A stretch of DNA of 55,772 nt from an uncultured Candidatus Saccharibacteria bacterium (GTDB lineage: Bacteria; Patescibacteriota; Minisyncoccia; Phycocordibacterales; Phycocordibacteraceae): assembly GCA_964550425.1 (NCBI GenBank), contig CAZJZB010000005.1:1-55772 (forward strand), in the 5' to 3' direction. Made by a program: the position numbers and the translations under genes. The notes beneath the pieces were generated by a model. The model made no database searches. It had not been told where the DNA came from and saw only the letters and a program-made list of their open reading frames with translations. Positions 6,602 through 15,758 of this stretch are shown piece by piece; the stretch's first letter is position 1, and each line of letters begins with the position of its first letter.

Positions 6602-8007
6602 GATAGTACGTCGGGATTATCCACTTCAAGGTCTTTGGTCGTTCCAATATACATGAATTTTTCTGGCTGGACTGAATCAAACTTCCCTTCCAGTATTGCC
6701 TCGACATCAGATACGACATCTTCGCGACTTACGTATACACCAGGAAGTCCCGAATGCTCTTCAGCGGTAACGGTTAATTGCGTCATGTAGTTTCGTAATC
6801 GCATCGCTCGTTCATACATACTGCGATCTTGCGCCGATAACTCACCCTCTCCGATGATGGTAACGATGCGAGCCAGCCGTTCGTACTGATTAAGCACCCG
6901 TATGGCTTCAGTAACCGATTTCAAATGTCGCTCGGTAATATAGGCGCGATCAAGCGCCAATGATTTTGATTTAAGAATATTAACCGCCGGGTAACGCCCC
7001 TCTTGACTCATCTCCCGCGCGAGTACCACAATGGCTTCAAAATAAGGGGTGGCGGCCGCAACTGACGGGTCGGACAGATCGTCAGCAGGAACATATATGG
7101 TTTGTATTGAGGTAATCGAATTTTTATCAGTGCTTACCAGACGGTTTTCGAACTGAGCGATTTGTGTTTGAAGCGTTGACTGATAGCCAAACTCAGACGG
7201 GATTTCTTCAAGAAGCGTCGAGAGCTCGTTTCCCGCCTGAACGAATCTGAATATATTGTCCACAAAAAACAATACATTGGTTTTTTCTTCATCGCGAAAG
7301 TACTCAGCCAGCGTCACAGCAGCCGCTCCAATCTTGAAACGAATTGCCGCATTTTCGTTAATATGCGCAACGATGAGCGCCGATCTCGCAAGCTCGCCGG
7401 TTTCTTGTAATAATTCCCAGAGCTCAAACCCTTCACGAATGCGTTCGCCAATACCGGTAAAAATCGTGACATTTTTATGTTCCTTATTGAGGTTTCGAAT
7501 CATCTCTGTCAGGAGCGCCGTTTTGCCGACACCTGCGCCTCCTACAAGTCCGAGTCGTCCACCCTCAATGATCGGCATAAAGAAGTCGATAACCTTAATC
7601 CCGGTCTCAAGCAATTTCCGCTCCTTCCCTAATTTCAACCCTGTGGTGCGCGTGATTGGGTTAATCGGTCGAGAATCGCTATAGGCAAGCATCTCGCCTC
7701 CGTCAACAGGCCGGCCATACAAATTGATGGCGCGCCCAAGCACACATGTTCCTACGGGAATGGAGAGCGTAGCGCCATCAGTCACAATACGCATGTTTCG
7801 AGACACATTCTCTTTTGGAGAAAGGAGTAGGCAGTAGAGCATGTCCCTGCTGGAATAGGAGTGGACCTCGAGCTGTACATCCACCGCATCTTCTGCGGAA
7901 AGAAGCTCGAGAAGCGACGGACGGTACTCACTCTCGCAATGCACAAGGACTATTTGCCCTTGCACCCCGTATACGCGCCCCACAAATTGTTTTGTTATTT
8001 TTTCCAT
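6598..8007 (-). CDS. atpD: F1 ATPase beta subunit (divergent)
   Basis: LETGIKVIDF, GGAGVGKT, GIGERIREG, FFVDNIFRFVQAG, SITSIQTIYVPADD. Confidence 0.97.
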   Translation of the reverse strand: MEKITKQFVGRVYGVQGQIVLVHCESEYRPSLLELLSAEDAVDVQLEVHSYSSRDMLYCLLLSPKENVSRNMRIVTDGATLSIPVGTCVLGRAINLYGRPVDGGEMLAYSDSRPINPITRTTGLKLGKERKLLETGIKVIDFFMPIIEGGRLGLVGGAGVGKTALLTEMIRNLNKEHKNVTIFTGIGERIREGFELWELLQETGELARSALIVAHINENAAIRFKIGAAAVTLAEYFRDEEKTNVLFFVDNIFRFVQAGNELSTLLEEIPSEFGYQSTLQTQIAQFENRLVSTDKNSITSIQTIYVPADDLSDPSVAAATPYFEAIVVLAREMSQEGRYPAVNILKSKSLALDRAYITERHLKSVTEAIRVLNQYERLARIVTIIGEGELSAQDRSMYERAMRLRNYMTQLTVTAEEHSGLPGVYVSREDVVSDVEAILEGKFDSVQPEKFMYIGTTKDLEVDNPDVLS

Positions 8008-8843
8008 TTTGAAATCGCGGAGAAAGATTCGAGCAGACGCAGATCGTTGAAATTTGCGGCCTTTCTACGCATCATTCGGCGCGAGCGAATGATTTCCTCT
8101 TTTGAACGATCCTGGGCTGTGTTCATAGGAATCAATCGTGCTGCGGTGCGCGAGAGCTCTGATTCAAGCATGACTCGCTTGAAGAGCAGGTAACGAACTT
8201 TCGTCTCAAAAAAATTAAGGATTTTCGGAAGTTCCGGTTCAAAAATATAATCAAATGCCAGTGTTACCTCATTCCCTGTCTCGACATGCGGTGCATACGT
8301 AATATCTTGCATAACTACTTTTTGATTGAACACATTGCGAAATGAGGGGTAGAATATCTGCACCTGGCTGTACGCAGCAACGCTCTTTAGAAATTGTCGC
8401 CTCTCTTCTTCTGTCGGTTCATCTTCTGTAAATGCATAGTAGGAAGAACGTTTCTGTAAATCGGGAGTATTCCCCATAAGCATCTTCCCCGTCCTACCTA
8501 TGACGATGTAGTCGGAGGTGACGCCACTGTTCATATGCCGAGTAAAAGCTTCTATCACCTCTGCATTGACCGCTCCATAGAAACGTATGTTCGACGTGAA
8601 CGCTACGGTCACGGTTTGAGTTACGGTTGCTGATTTCTGCGGCAACTCGCCACGATCAAATGCCGTCTGTTTAATAGATTGATAGAGAATCGCGATGTCC
8701 TCATAAAAGGCCTTGTTTTTTTCGAAGGCGGCGCGCAATCGGTTTATTTTTTCGGCGCTCACATCAAACAGCGCCGAGGCGACGAAACCGATCGTCTCGA
8801 GGTCTTCCAATTCATCCTGTCGTGTTCCTAGGGCGTTTGACAT
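7995..8843 (-). CDS. atpG: F1 ATPase gamma subunit (divergent)
   Basis: Between alpha and beta; TSNIRFYGAVN, YIFEP, SELSRTAARLIPM. Confidence 0.9.
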   Translation of the reverse strand: MSNALGTRQDELEDLETIGFVASALFDVSAEKINRLRAAFEKNKAFYEDIAILYQSIKQTAFDRGELPQKSATVTQTVTVAFTSNIRFYGAVNAEVIEAFTRHMNSGVTSDYIVIGRTGKMLMGNTPDLQKRSSYYAFTEDEPTEEERRQFLKSVAAYSQVQIFYPSFRNVFNQKVVMQDITYAPHVETGNEVTLAFDYIFEPELPKILNFFETKVRYLLFKRVMLESELSRTAARLIPMNTAQDRSKEEIIRSRRMMRRKAANFNDLRLLESFSAISKWKK

Positions 8844-10297
8844 AGTGTGTGCAGATGCGTCACCGTGCTTTCAAGCTTCTTTTGGAACTGTTCAAACGAT
8901 ATGTTGCCTCGACGCGCACTTGCTACCACCGATTCAAGCGCGGTATCACGCGCATTTGAAATGGCGGCAATAATTCTATCTCGATTGTATGAGACGAATG
9001 CAACGTCTTTTCCATCGAACAATGTCGTGAAGACGAGCGTCAACAGCACGATCTGTACTTCAACAGACAATGCAATCATCGGCTCTTGGTTAAGAAGAAT
9101 TCGCACCGATTGTCCCCGAGCAATGATGCGCTGGGTCTGTTCTGAAAGCTGTGTTCCGAACTGACCGTAACCTCGTTGACGTTCATATTGTGCAATGAGC
9201 GCATTCACACGAATGGAAAGCTGTTTGGCCAGCATGCTTTGTGTGCTGTGACCGACACGGGTTACCGACTGCTCAGGCACCACGGCGGGGAAATGCCCTT
9301 CCGCATGAAAAAGTGGCGAGAAGAAAAGATGTCCGTCAGTCGCCGATACCAGATTGGTAGAAACGAGATTGGTAATATCCTCAATACTCGTCTCGAGCAC
9401 GGGTAAAATAGTGATACTTCCGCCACCGATACTCTTATTGAAACATCCGCCTCGCTCAAGCAGACGGGCTTGCTGATAAAACATATCGCCCGGATATGAT
9501 TCGCGGCCCGGCACTTTCCCAGACAAGAGAGCGATCTCGCGAAAATATTTTGCATGGCTCCCGAGATCGTCGAGCACGACCAGCACGTCCTTCCCTTTCA
9601 TAGAAAAATATTCTGCGAGCTCGAGTGCAACTACGGGTGTCAAGTACACCATGGGAGCCGGATCATCGGAAAGCGAGACAAGAATGATGGCGTCGCTATT
9701 TCCTTGTTCGTTCAGAAGATTCGCGATTACCTCTTCGACGTACGCAACCGGCCGTCCGATAAGCGCATAGATGCACACAACTCCCGATTCTTTCTGGTGG
9801 ACGAAGACGTTTTCAATAAATTTTCTCTTCCCACTGCTCAGAGGGCCCACGATGAGCTGCCGCTGGCCTTTGGCGATAGGAATTAAAATGTCGATCGCCG
9901 ACATGCCGGTGAGAAGGGGAGAGGTCATCGGTGCACGAGCGCTCATACGAGGAGCATCCGCCTCCATTCTCAGTGGCGTGTTGTCTGGCGGAAAACTACC
10001 CAAGCCATCAAGCGGTTCGCCAAGGACGTTTATCGTACGCCCGAAGAGGTGCTCCCCAAACGAAAACTGAATTCCCTTTGGATCTATAATGAACTGATCT
10101 CCCGCTCTCGGATTGCCCCGACCAAACAGATACGCCTCGACACTATCCTCTCGGAATGCTGTGACGAGTGCTCGTTGCCCTTTTGCATTGATAATAACAG
10201 TATTCACACGAGCCGACGGTAATCCCTCGAGTGTAAGAAGGTACCCCTTCGCCTTGATGACGAAGCCAATTTCTCCTTCAATAATGCGCTGCTCCAT
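8828..10297 (-). CDS. atpA: F1 ATPase alpha subunit (divergent)
   Basis: IPIAKGQRQLIVG, PGRESYPGDMFYQQARLLER, TDGHLF, SVTRVG. Confidence 0.95.
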   Translation of the reverse strand: MEQRIIEGEIGFVIKAKGYLLTLEGLPSARVNTVIINAKGQRALVTAFREDSVEAYLFGRGNPRAGDQFIIDPKGIQFSFGEHLFGRTINVLGEPLDGLGSFPPDNTPLRMEADAPRMSARAPMTSPLLTGMSAIDILIPIAKGQRQLIVGPLSSGKRKFIENVFVHQKESGVVCIYALIGRPVAYVEEVIANLLNEQGNSDAIILVSLSDDPAPMVYLTPVVALELAEYFSMKGKDVLVVLDDLGSHAKYFREIALLSGKVPGRESYPGDMFYQQARLLERGGCFNKSIGGGSITILPVLETSIEDITNLVSTNLVSATDGHLFFSPLFHAEGHFPAVVPEQSVTRVGHSTQSMLAKQLSIRVNALIAQYERQRGYGQFGTQLSEQTQRIIARGQSVRILLNQEPMIALSVEVQIVLLTLVFTTLFDGKDVAFVSYNRDRIIAAISNARDTALESVVASARRGNISFEQFQKKLESTVTHLHTLCQTP

Positions 10298-10299
10298 AG

Positions 10300-10824
10300 T
10301 TAGGGTTTCGCCATGCTTTGAGTCAACCTCTCATGTAATGCGGTCTGATTTTTAATGAGATACCGATTGAAGCTGAAATCGCGAAGCATATTGTTCCACA
10401 CCAGTCGACAACCAACTGCGATTGATGGATCGATGTCAAAATCAATAAGGAGATCGGGGCTCACTTCCCGATGTGCCCACATGCCGATGACCTCCACGTC
10501 TGCACGAGAGAGCGCGACCGGCACCGTCAGTGAAAGAGTTTTCAACTTTTTCGCATCCTCAGTGAGATGATCGAGCATGTCGTACAAAGATTCTTTCGTG
10601 AAGGATTCGAGGAACGAAAGCGGCAGCGAGCGCAAAAACGCATTGTCGACGGGCGATTTCCCGCTGTACGCGGCAAATTGTTCGATTCCTTCTTTGCTTG
10701 CAGATGCATCGCGTTTCGTAAAGAATATGTATTCAAAAAATTCTCTCGTGAGACTTATGTCGTGCGCGAAGTCCGCCCGAGTATAGGTGTGTTCCGTAAA
10801 TATCTTTAGGGACGGGTTCGTCAT
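10300..10824 (-). CDS. atpH: F1 ATPase delta-like subunit
   Basis: Upstream of alpha; C-terminal IDPSIAVGCRLVWNNMLRDFS resembles the delta/OSCP C-terminus. Confidence 0.7.
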   Translation of the reverse strand: MTNPSLKIFTEHTYTRADFAHDISLTREFFEYIFFTKRDASASKEGIEQFAAYSGKSPVDNAFLRSLPLSFLESFTKESLYDMLDHLTEDAKKLKTLSLTVPVALSRADVEVIGMWAHREVSPDLLIDFDIDPSIAVGCRLVWNNMLRDFSFNRYLIKNQTALHERLTQSMAKP

Positions 10825-11522
10825 GATGGTGTCTCGAACACGCCCTCTCGCTTCGCCTCAGCGAGCGCAGCGAGAATAATGCCGCGATGGTCGTCAAGCG
10901 AAAGCGATTTATGTAACGCGATACGCGCAGTATCCTCGACGAGTCCGACAATTTTCTTATCCAGGATCGCAAAACGTTCTTGTGTATAGACCGTAACGGT
11001 CTGTCGGGCAAAATCGATTTCTTTCGACAGCTCGTCTGACATGCGTTTTTTAATTTCTTCCATTAACCCCTGATACTCTTTTTGCGCCTGCATGCTGACA
11101 CCGGAAAATATTTTCTTTATGTTCTCCGATTCGTCTTGTAACGCTTGTTCGGCAAACTGAACCTGTTGTATCAAAAGATCTTTTGTATGTGTGGCGATTT
11201 CTTCCAGATGCGCGGCTTGTAGAGCGTGAAATTTTTTGTCTTCCTCTATACGGTCCGTAAATATCTTTTCTGCTTCCATCTGCGCACGCATCCTTAGAGC
11301 GCTCCCCTGTTCCCGGGCATCGATGAGGATGTGCTCCGCCCTCTCTTGCGCCTTTTTCACTGTCCGGTCGAACAGAGGGGTTACGAGGTAGTATAGCCGG
11401 TTCCCGAACTGAATGACGACTACGATGAGCGCTAAAAGCGCAAGGATCCCAAGCATCAAGAGCAGCGTGGGAAGCAGCGGATCGGAAAGAATGTTTGACC
11501 ATAACGATAGGATGATATTCAT
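10821..11522 (-). CDS. Subunit b-like protein (N-terminal TM plus long coiled coil)
   Basis: Single N-terminal hydrophobic helix, A/E/K/Q-rich helix, position before delta. Confidence 0.65.
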   Translation of the reverse strand: MNIILSLWSNILSDPLLPTLLLMLGILALLALIVVVIQFGNRLYYLVTPLFDRTVKKAQERAEHILIDAREQGSALRMRAQMEAEKIFTDRIEEDKKFHALQAAHLEEIATHTKDLLIQQVQFAEQALQDESENIKKIFSGVSMQAQKEYQGLMEEIKKRMSDELSKEIDFARQTVTVYTQERFAILDKKIVGLVEDTARIALHKSLSLDDHRGIILAALAEAKREGVFETPS

Positions 11523-11542
11523 GTTATTTATTTTACATATCG

Positions 11543-12406
11543 TTACAGTTGCACGAAGAGAATTATGAGTCCGATGAATAGTCCCGTTGCGGTAACAAGA
11601 ATAATCAGTACGGTATTGAGCATTACCATGGACTGAATGGAGGTTTTCGCAAGCGGATTGCGTCCTACTGAAATAATACTGTCTTTCATATTCGAACCAA
11701 AACTTCGAAATGCGATGCGGATAGAGCCGATGACGACAATAGCGGCAAGTATATATTTGATTAACGTAGCGAGTGGTACTGACACACCAAGCACGTTTAC
11801 GCCGGATGCCGAATCACCTCCCCCAGAACCGGCGATTGGTGACCCTCTCGCATCTAACGCTTTCGAGCCAACGGTGAGCAGCACACGAATAGATCCCTCA
11901 TCCATCGTTGATGTACTCACTGCAGTTGATGTAACAATCGGTACTGTGGGAAAAGAATCAAGCGCAATACCAAGGACAAAGGATGCTGCGGGATCAGCTT
12001 TCTGACCCTTACCGGGAATAGATGATGAGGTGATGTAATCTCCAGCACTAATTGGGCCATTCGCTGTTGTTACTTGTACATACACCTCCCCTGAACTAAT
12101 GATCGGAACGCTTTCCGTGCTGGTGCGGAACACGATTGTCGGATTAGTCACCACAACTCCAAACAGGTTCGAGTCGTTGACCTCTTGTGCAAGACGAAAA
12201 GTCTGCGTAGAGCGGTCAAACGATACAAGATCACCGGGCTCCGCTACACCTCCAGAAATAAGTTGGGTTCGCGCAATCATGGTCTCGCTGGATTGCGCGT
12301 ATGCTGCAGAAGGAAGAATGAATACAAGGATACTCGCCAGAAACATCATGAATTCTGTCGTAGCAGTAATGAATGTTCGGCGGTGATAATGCGAAATAAC
12401 ACCCAT
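11543..12406 (-). CDS. Exported protein with a C-terminal subunit-c-like helical hairpin lacking the ion-binding carboxylate
   Basis: Likely ATG 12406, just after the upstream stop; signal peptide ..FILPSAAYA/Q; beta domain GVVVTNP..GEVYVQV..NGPISAGDYITSS; C-terminal TM-SVGRNPLA-TM. Confidence 0.75.
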   Translation of the reverse strand: MGVISHYHRRTFITATTEFMMFLASILVFILPSAAYAQSSETMIARTQLISGGVAEPGDLVSFDRSTQTFRLAQEVNDSNLFGVVVTNPTIVFRTSTESVPIISSGEVYVQVTTANGPISAGDYITSSSIPGKGQKADPAASFVLGIALDSFPTVPIVTSTAVSTSTMDEGSIRVLLTVGSKALDARGSPIAGSGGGDSASGVNVLGVSVPLATLIKYILAAIVVIGSIRIAFRSFGSNMKDSIISVGRNPLAKTSIQSMVMLNTVLIILVTATGLFIGLIILFVQL

Positions 12407-12408
12407 AT

Positions 12409-13122
12409 TTATTGAGTCCCATGTGCGAATACACTTGCCATCTGCATGGGAATACGAGCGACAGCTATGGACAAATAATCGCCAATACTTGTGAGAGTCC
12501 CCACGGTCACATGCGCAATTGTTGGTGTGGCAATCGCAATACCGTACGCGAGAGACACCTCTGCCGCAATGGCGGCATGTGTCGCTGTTATGACGAATTC
12601 TCCAAGCGCGAGAGATGTCCGACCAATAATCGCCGGAAGCGTTTGAAGTGTCCCTACCGACTGCAAGAACACCGGGTTGGATTGGACCGCAATGGTAATA
12701 AATTCTGCTGCAATTACAACGGAAACGATGAACATGACCGCACATACTATCTCAATCCATATTGAAGGGGGGGTCTTCAGATCATCAGAAACAATTTGGT
12801 GCGTTGTTATGGTATGGGGCTCCGCTGAAGAAAATGATAGGGATATGCTCGGAGGCGCATGGTACGTTCGCTGTTCCTGTGCGCGCGAGCGCGTAGTATT
12901 GGCATTTGTAGATGTGCGTGTTTTATTGGAGTTCTGTTTGTCATATTGTGCAACAAAATGCTGGAGGGAATTCTGTTCAATAAGCCAGCTTCGACCCAAT
13001 CGCTGTGCATTTATTTTCTTGGTGCGAACAAGATGCGCAATGTAACTCGGCGTATATCTGAAAAGTTTAGACGCCTCCTTAGTGGTGATAAAACCCTCAT
13101 GAAGCATTATGGTCTCATTCAT
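12409..13122 (-). CDS. HTH (excisionase/MerR-like) domain membrane protein
   Basis: FITTKEASKLFRYTPSYIAHLVRTKKINAQRLGRSWLI; TM IWIEIVCAVMFIVSVVIAA. Confidence 0.8.
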   Translation of the reverse strand: MNETIMLHEGFITTKEASKLFRYTPSYIAHLVRTKKINAQRLGRSWLIEQNSLQHFVAQYDKQNSNKTRTSTNANTTRSRAQEQRTYHAPPSISLSFSSAEPHTITTHQIVSDDLKTPPSIWIEIVCAVMFIVSVVIAAEFITIAVQSNPVFLQSVGTLQTLPAIIGRTSLALGEFVITATHAAIAAEVSLAYGIAIATPTIAHVTVGTLTSIGDYLSIAVARIPMQMASVFAHGTQ

Positions 13123-13362
13123 ACAGGATATTCAAATCACCTATCATTTTACAGTATTTTTCTAAACAAACACTCTATCATTGTGTGGACAATGGTCCCA
13201 TTAAAATCTATGCGCGACAAAAGAATTAAGCGTATTAAATTTTCTGGATGTATCTCACTCAAGCGTCTTCCTAAAGAGTCCGTAAAGAAAATCCGCGGAT
13301 ACACGCTTCTGGTACTGAATATGCTGGATTGTAAAGACGAGACGAGAAACTCTGCAAATAAA

Positions 13363-14139
13363 CTATTTATTATAGATTGTTACTCCGCTTATAATTCTTA
13401 CTTGGGCAAGCGAGGTTATATATGTATCAAAATATCCGCTCCCGATAACTGCGGTAGCTACCGCAATTGTCGCAAATAATATACCGACGACTTGCAACGC
13501 GCTCATAATTATCAACTTTCCTTTTCGCACATCTTGCTGTGTTGACTGCTCTTTAGATTCATTTGACGATTGAATCTTCGGGTGAATATGTGGTAGAAGG
13601 TCTTTTGGAGGTGGTTTGTAAATGGCGTGAATGGGTACATTTATATCTCTGCTGTCGTGCTTTATTTCTGGCTTTTCTTCGTCTTTTTCCTGTTGTGAAG
13701 GTTGGGCGATGGGGGCGACCGGTCCGGTATCCATTATACTTTTATATGTGCCCATATCTTCTACACGATCGAACCATGCCTGCCACGATTCCTGCAGGTG
13801 CTGTGAGACCTCTGCTTCTGTATTTCTTAGACGGTCGATAAAAGGAATTTCTTTTTCTACGGACGTTTCGTAGCGCGGAAATTCTGAAGATAATGAGAGT
13901 TTATCCCTCTCCGTGAGCCCGACCCCTTTCAGGAGCACTGGTGCGGGAGATTCGATTGTATCGCCAAAACGATGGTCCTGAATTGCCGCCTCAAGAACAT
14001 ACCAGCTGCGTCCAACGAGTCGAGCCGGTACCCGCCCCTCTCTACAAAGTTGGCCTATATAGTCCTTCGCGTAGCCAGTCAGTTTCGCAGCTCGTTTTGA
14101 CGATATATATTTTTTCTCCTCTATAAGTATCTCATCCAT
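13363..14139 (-). CDS. HTH (excisionase/MerR-like) domain protein with C-terminal TM
   Basis: Likely start MDEILIEEKK; YISSKRAAKLTGYAKDYIGQLCREGRVPARLVGRSWYV; C-terminal hydrophobic helix. Confidence 0.82.
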   Translation of the reverse strand: MDEILIEEKKYISSKRAAKLTGYAKDYIGQLCREGRVPARLVGRSWYVLEAAIQDHRFGDTIESPAPVLLKGVGLTERDKLSLSSEFPRYETSVEKEIPFIDRLRNTEAEVSQHLQESWQAWFDRVEDMGTYKSIMDTGPVAPIAQPSQQEKDEEKPEIKHDSRDINVPIHAIYKPPPKDLLPHIHPKIQSSNESKEQSTQQDVRKGKLIIMSALQVVGILFATIAVATAVIGSGYFDTYITSLAQVRIISGVTIYNK

Positions 14140-14190
14140 ACCTGCAGTATAGCCGTATCTCGGCAAGCAAGGAAGGGTTGTGCACAACGC

Positions 14191-15636
14191 CTATCCTATC
14201 TTCTTAATGATAAGTTCTTTCAAGATTGTCGGATTCCCGGCCCCACCACTTCCCTTCATAGCCATCCCAATAAGGTACTGCAGTGCTGCTTGCTTACCGG
14301 TCTTATATTCATTAACCGCCTTTTCATTCTCGATAATGATCGCCTCTACAATCTTCACGAGTTCTTCCTCATTGCTTTTTTGAAGATATTTTTTAGAAAT
14401 CTCAGCTAAATCTCCCCCGTTCAAAAATACGTCCGTAATGGCGTCTTTGACCCCCCTCGAAGAAATATGTCCGTGCATGAAGTCGTCTAGGACAGTTCCC
14501 AACCCTTCGGGAGTAATATTCTTTAGACCTGTATCTCCAAATTTTGAAACCAGACCCGCGATGTCAGATCCTATGTAGTTTGCGATCAAATTATATGCGC
14601 CCGGATGTATGTTGGAAGTTTGGTCAAATAATTTCCCTAATCGCTCATCGGAGAGGAACATCTCGATATACTCCGGTGATATTTTAAATTCTTGAGTTGC
14701 GCCTTTTTCTTGATAGCGCGCTCGACGCTCCCATGGAAGCTCCGGTAATGACGCGCGTATCGCCTCTGAAGAAAATTCTGAAATCTCTGAGAGAAAGAGT
14801 TTGGGGAGATCCGGCTCCGGAAAATAACGGTAATCAGCACTCCCCTCCTTGAATCGTTGGTGGAAGGTCTCTTGTTTCGCTTCATTCCACCCGCGGGTCT
14901 CTTGCACCACTTTTCCACCCTTCTCAAGAAGAGCTGTCTGACGCCCTATCTCAAAGGCGATCGCGCGTTCAACGGAACGGAATGAGTTCAGATTCTTGAC
15001 CTCCACCTTTGTGCCAAAAATTCCCTCTTTGGTCGAGACGGAAATATTCGCTTCAACGCGCATTTCGCCCTTTTCAAGATTCGCTTCGCTCGCGCCAAGC
15101 GTACGCAACAGAAGCTGCAGTTCCCGCGCGAAATGCCCTGCCGTCTGCGCATCAGGAATAACCGGCTCGGTGACAAGCTCCATGAGCGGAATGCCGGCGC
15201 GATTGAAATCGACCGAGCTCTTTCCCTCGGCTTTGCCTTTGGGACCTTCGGCTCGTCCGATGTGAATTGAACGCGCAGTATCCTCTTCAAGATGTACCCG
15301 GGTGATGCGGACACCCACAAGCTCTCCGCCCGTAACAAGCGGATGTTCGTACTGGCTAATTTGATAGCCCTTGGGAATATCGGGGTAGAAATAACTCTTA
15401 CGATCAAACTCGCTGAAATCGGCAAGAGTGCCGCCGATAGCGGCGCCGATACGCAGAATATGTCGTACCGCCTCCTGATTGATGACCGGCAACGTGCCCG
15501 GGTGCGCCACACAGACCGGACATATATTCACATTTGGCCGCATCTCATCAGGGTTGTTCGCGGAGTCGCAAAACATCTTGGTTCGTGTCTTGAGTTCCGC
15601 ATGAATTTCCAAACCTATCGTCGGAATATATTTCAT
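14191..15636 (-). CDS. gatB: Asp/Glu-tRNA amidotransferase subunit B
   Basis: IGLEIHAELKTRTKMFC, YFYPDIPKGYQISQ, DYRYFPEPDLP. Confidence 0.98.
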   Translation of the reverse strand: MKYIPTIGLEIHAELKTRTKMFCDSANNPDEMRPNVNICPVCVAHPGTLPVINQEAVRHILRIGAAIGGTLADFSEFDRKSYFYPDIPKGYQISQYEHPLVTGGELVGVRITRVHLEEDTARSIHIGRAEGPKGKAEGKSSVDFNRAGIPLMELVTEPVIPDAQTAGHFARELQLLLRTLGASEANLEKGEMRVEANISVSTKEGIFGTKVEVKNLNSFRSVERAIAFEIGRQTALLEKGGKVVQETRGWNEAKQETFHQRFKEGSADYRYFPEPDLPKLFLSEISEFSSEAIRASLPELPWERRARYQEKGATQEFKISPEYIEMFLSDERLGKLFDQTSNIHPGAYNLIANYIGSDIAGLVSKFGDTGLKNITPEGLGTVLDDFMHGHISSRGVKDAITDVFLNGGDLAEISKKYLQKSNEEELVKIVEAIIIENEKAVNEYKTGKQAALQYLIGMAMKGSGGAGNPTILKELIIKKIG

Positions 15637-15758
15637 AGAGTTTGCCGACTTGCCCCGTTAGAAATGGGCTTTATTTCTAATGGGGTGGTCGGACGATACA
15701 TGATGCCCACAGTATGCAGTATGTGGTGGGCAGTAGGCAAATGCGCTGGTTCGGCTGC

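Noticed and set aside
11543-12745. 400-aa version of the c-like protein
   Set aside because: The extension overlaps the upstream HTH gene; ATG 12406 gives a signal peptide and normal spacing.
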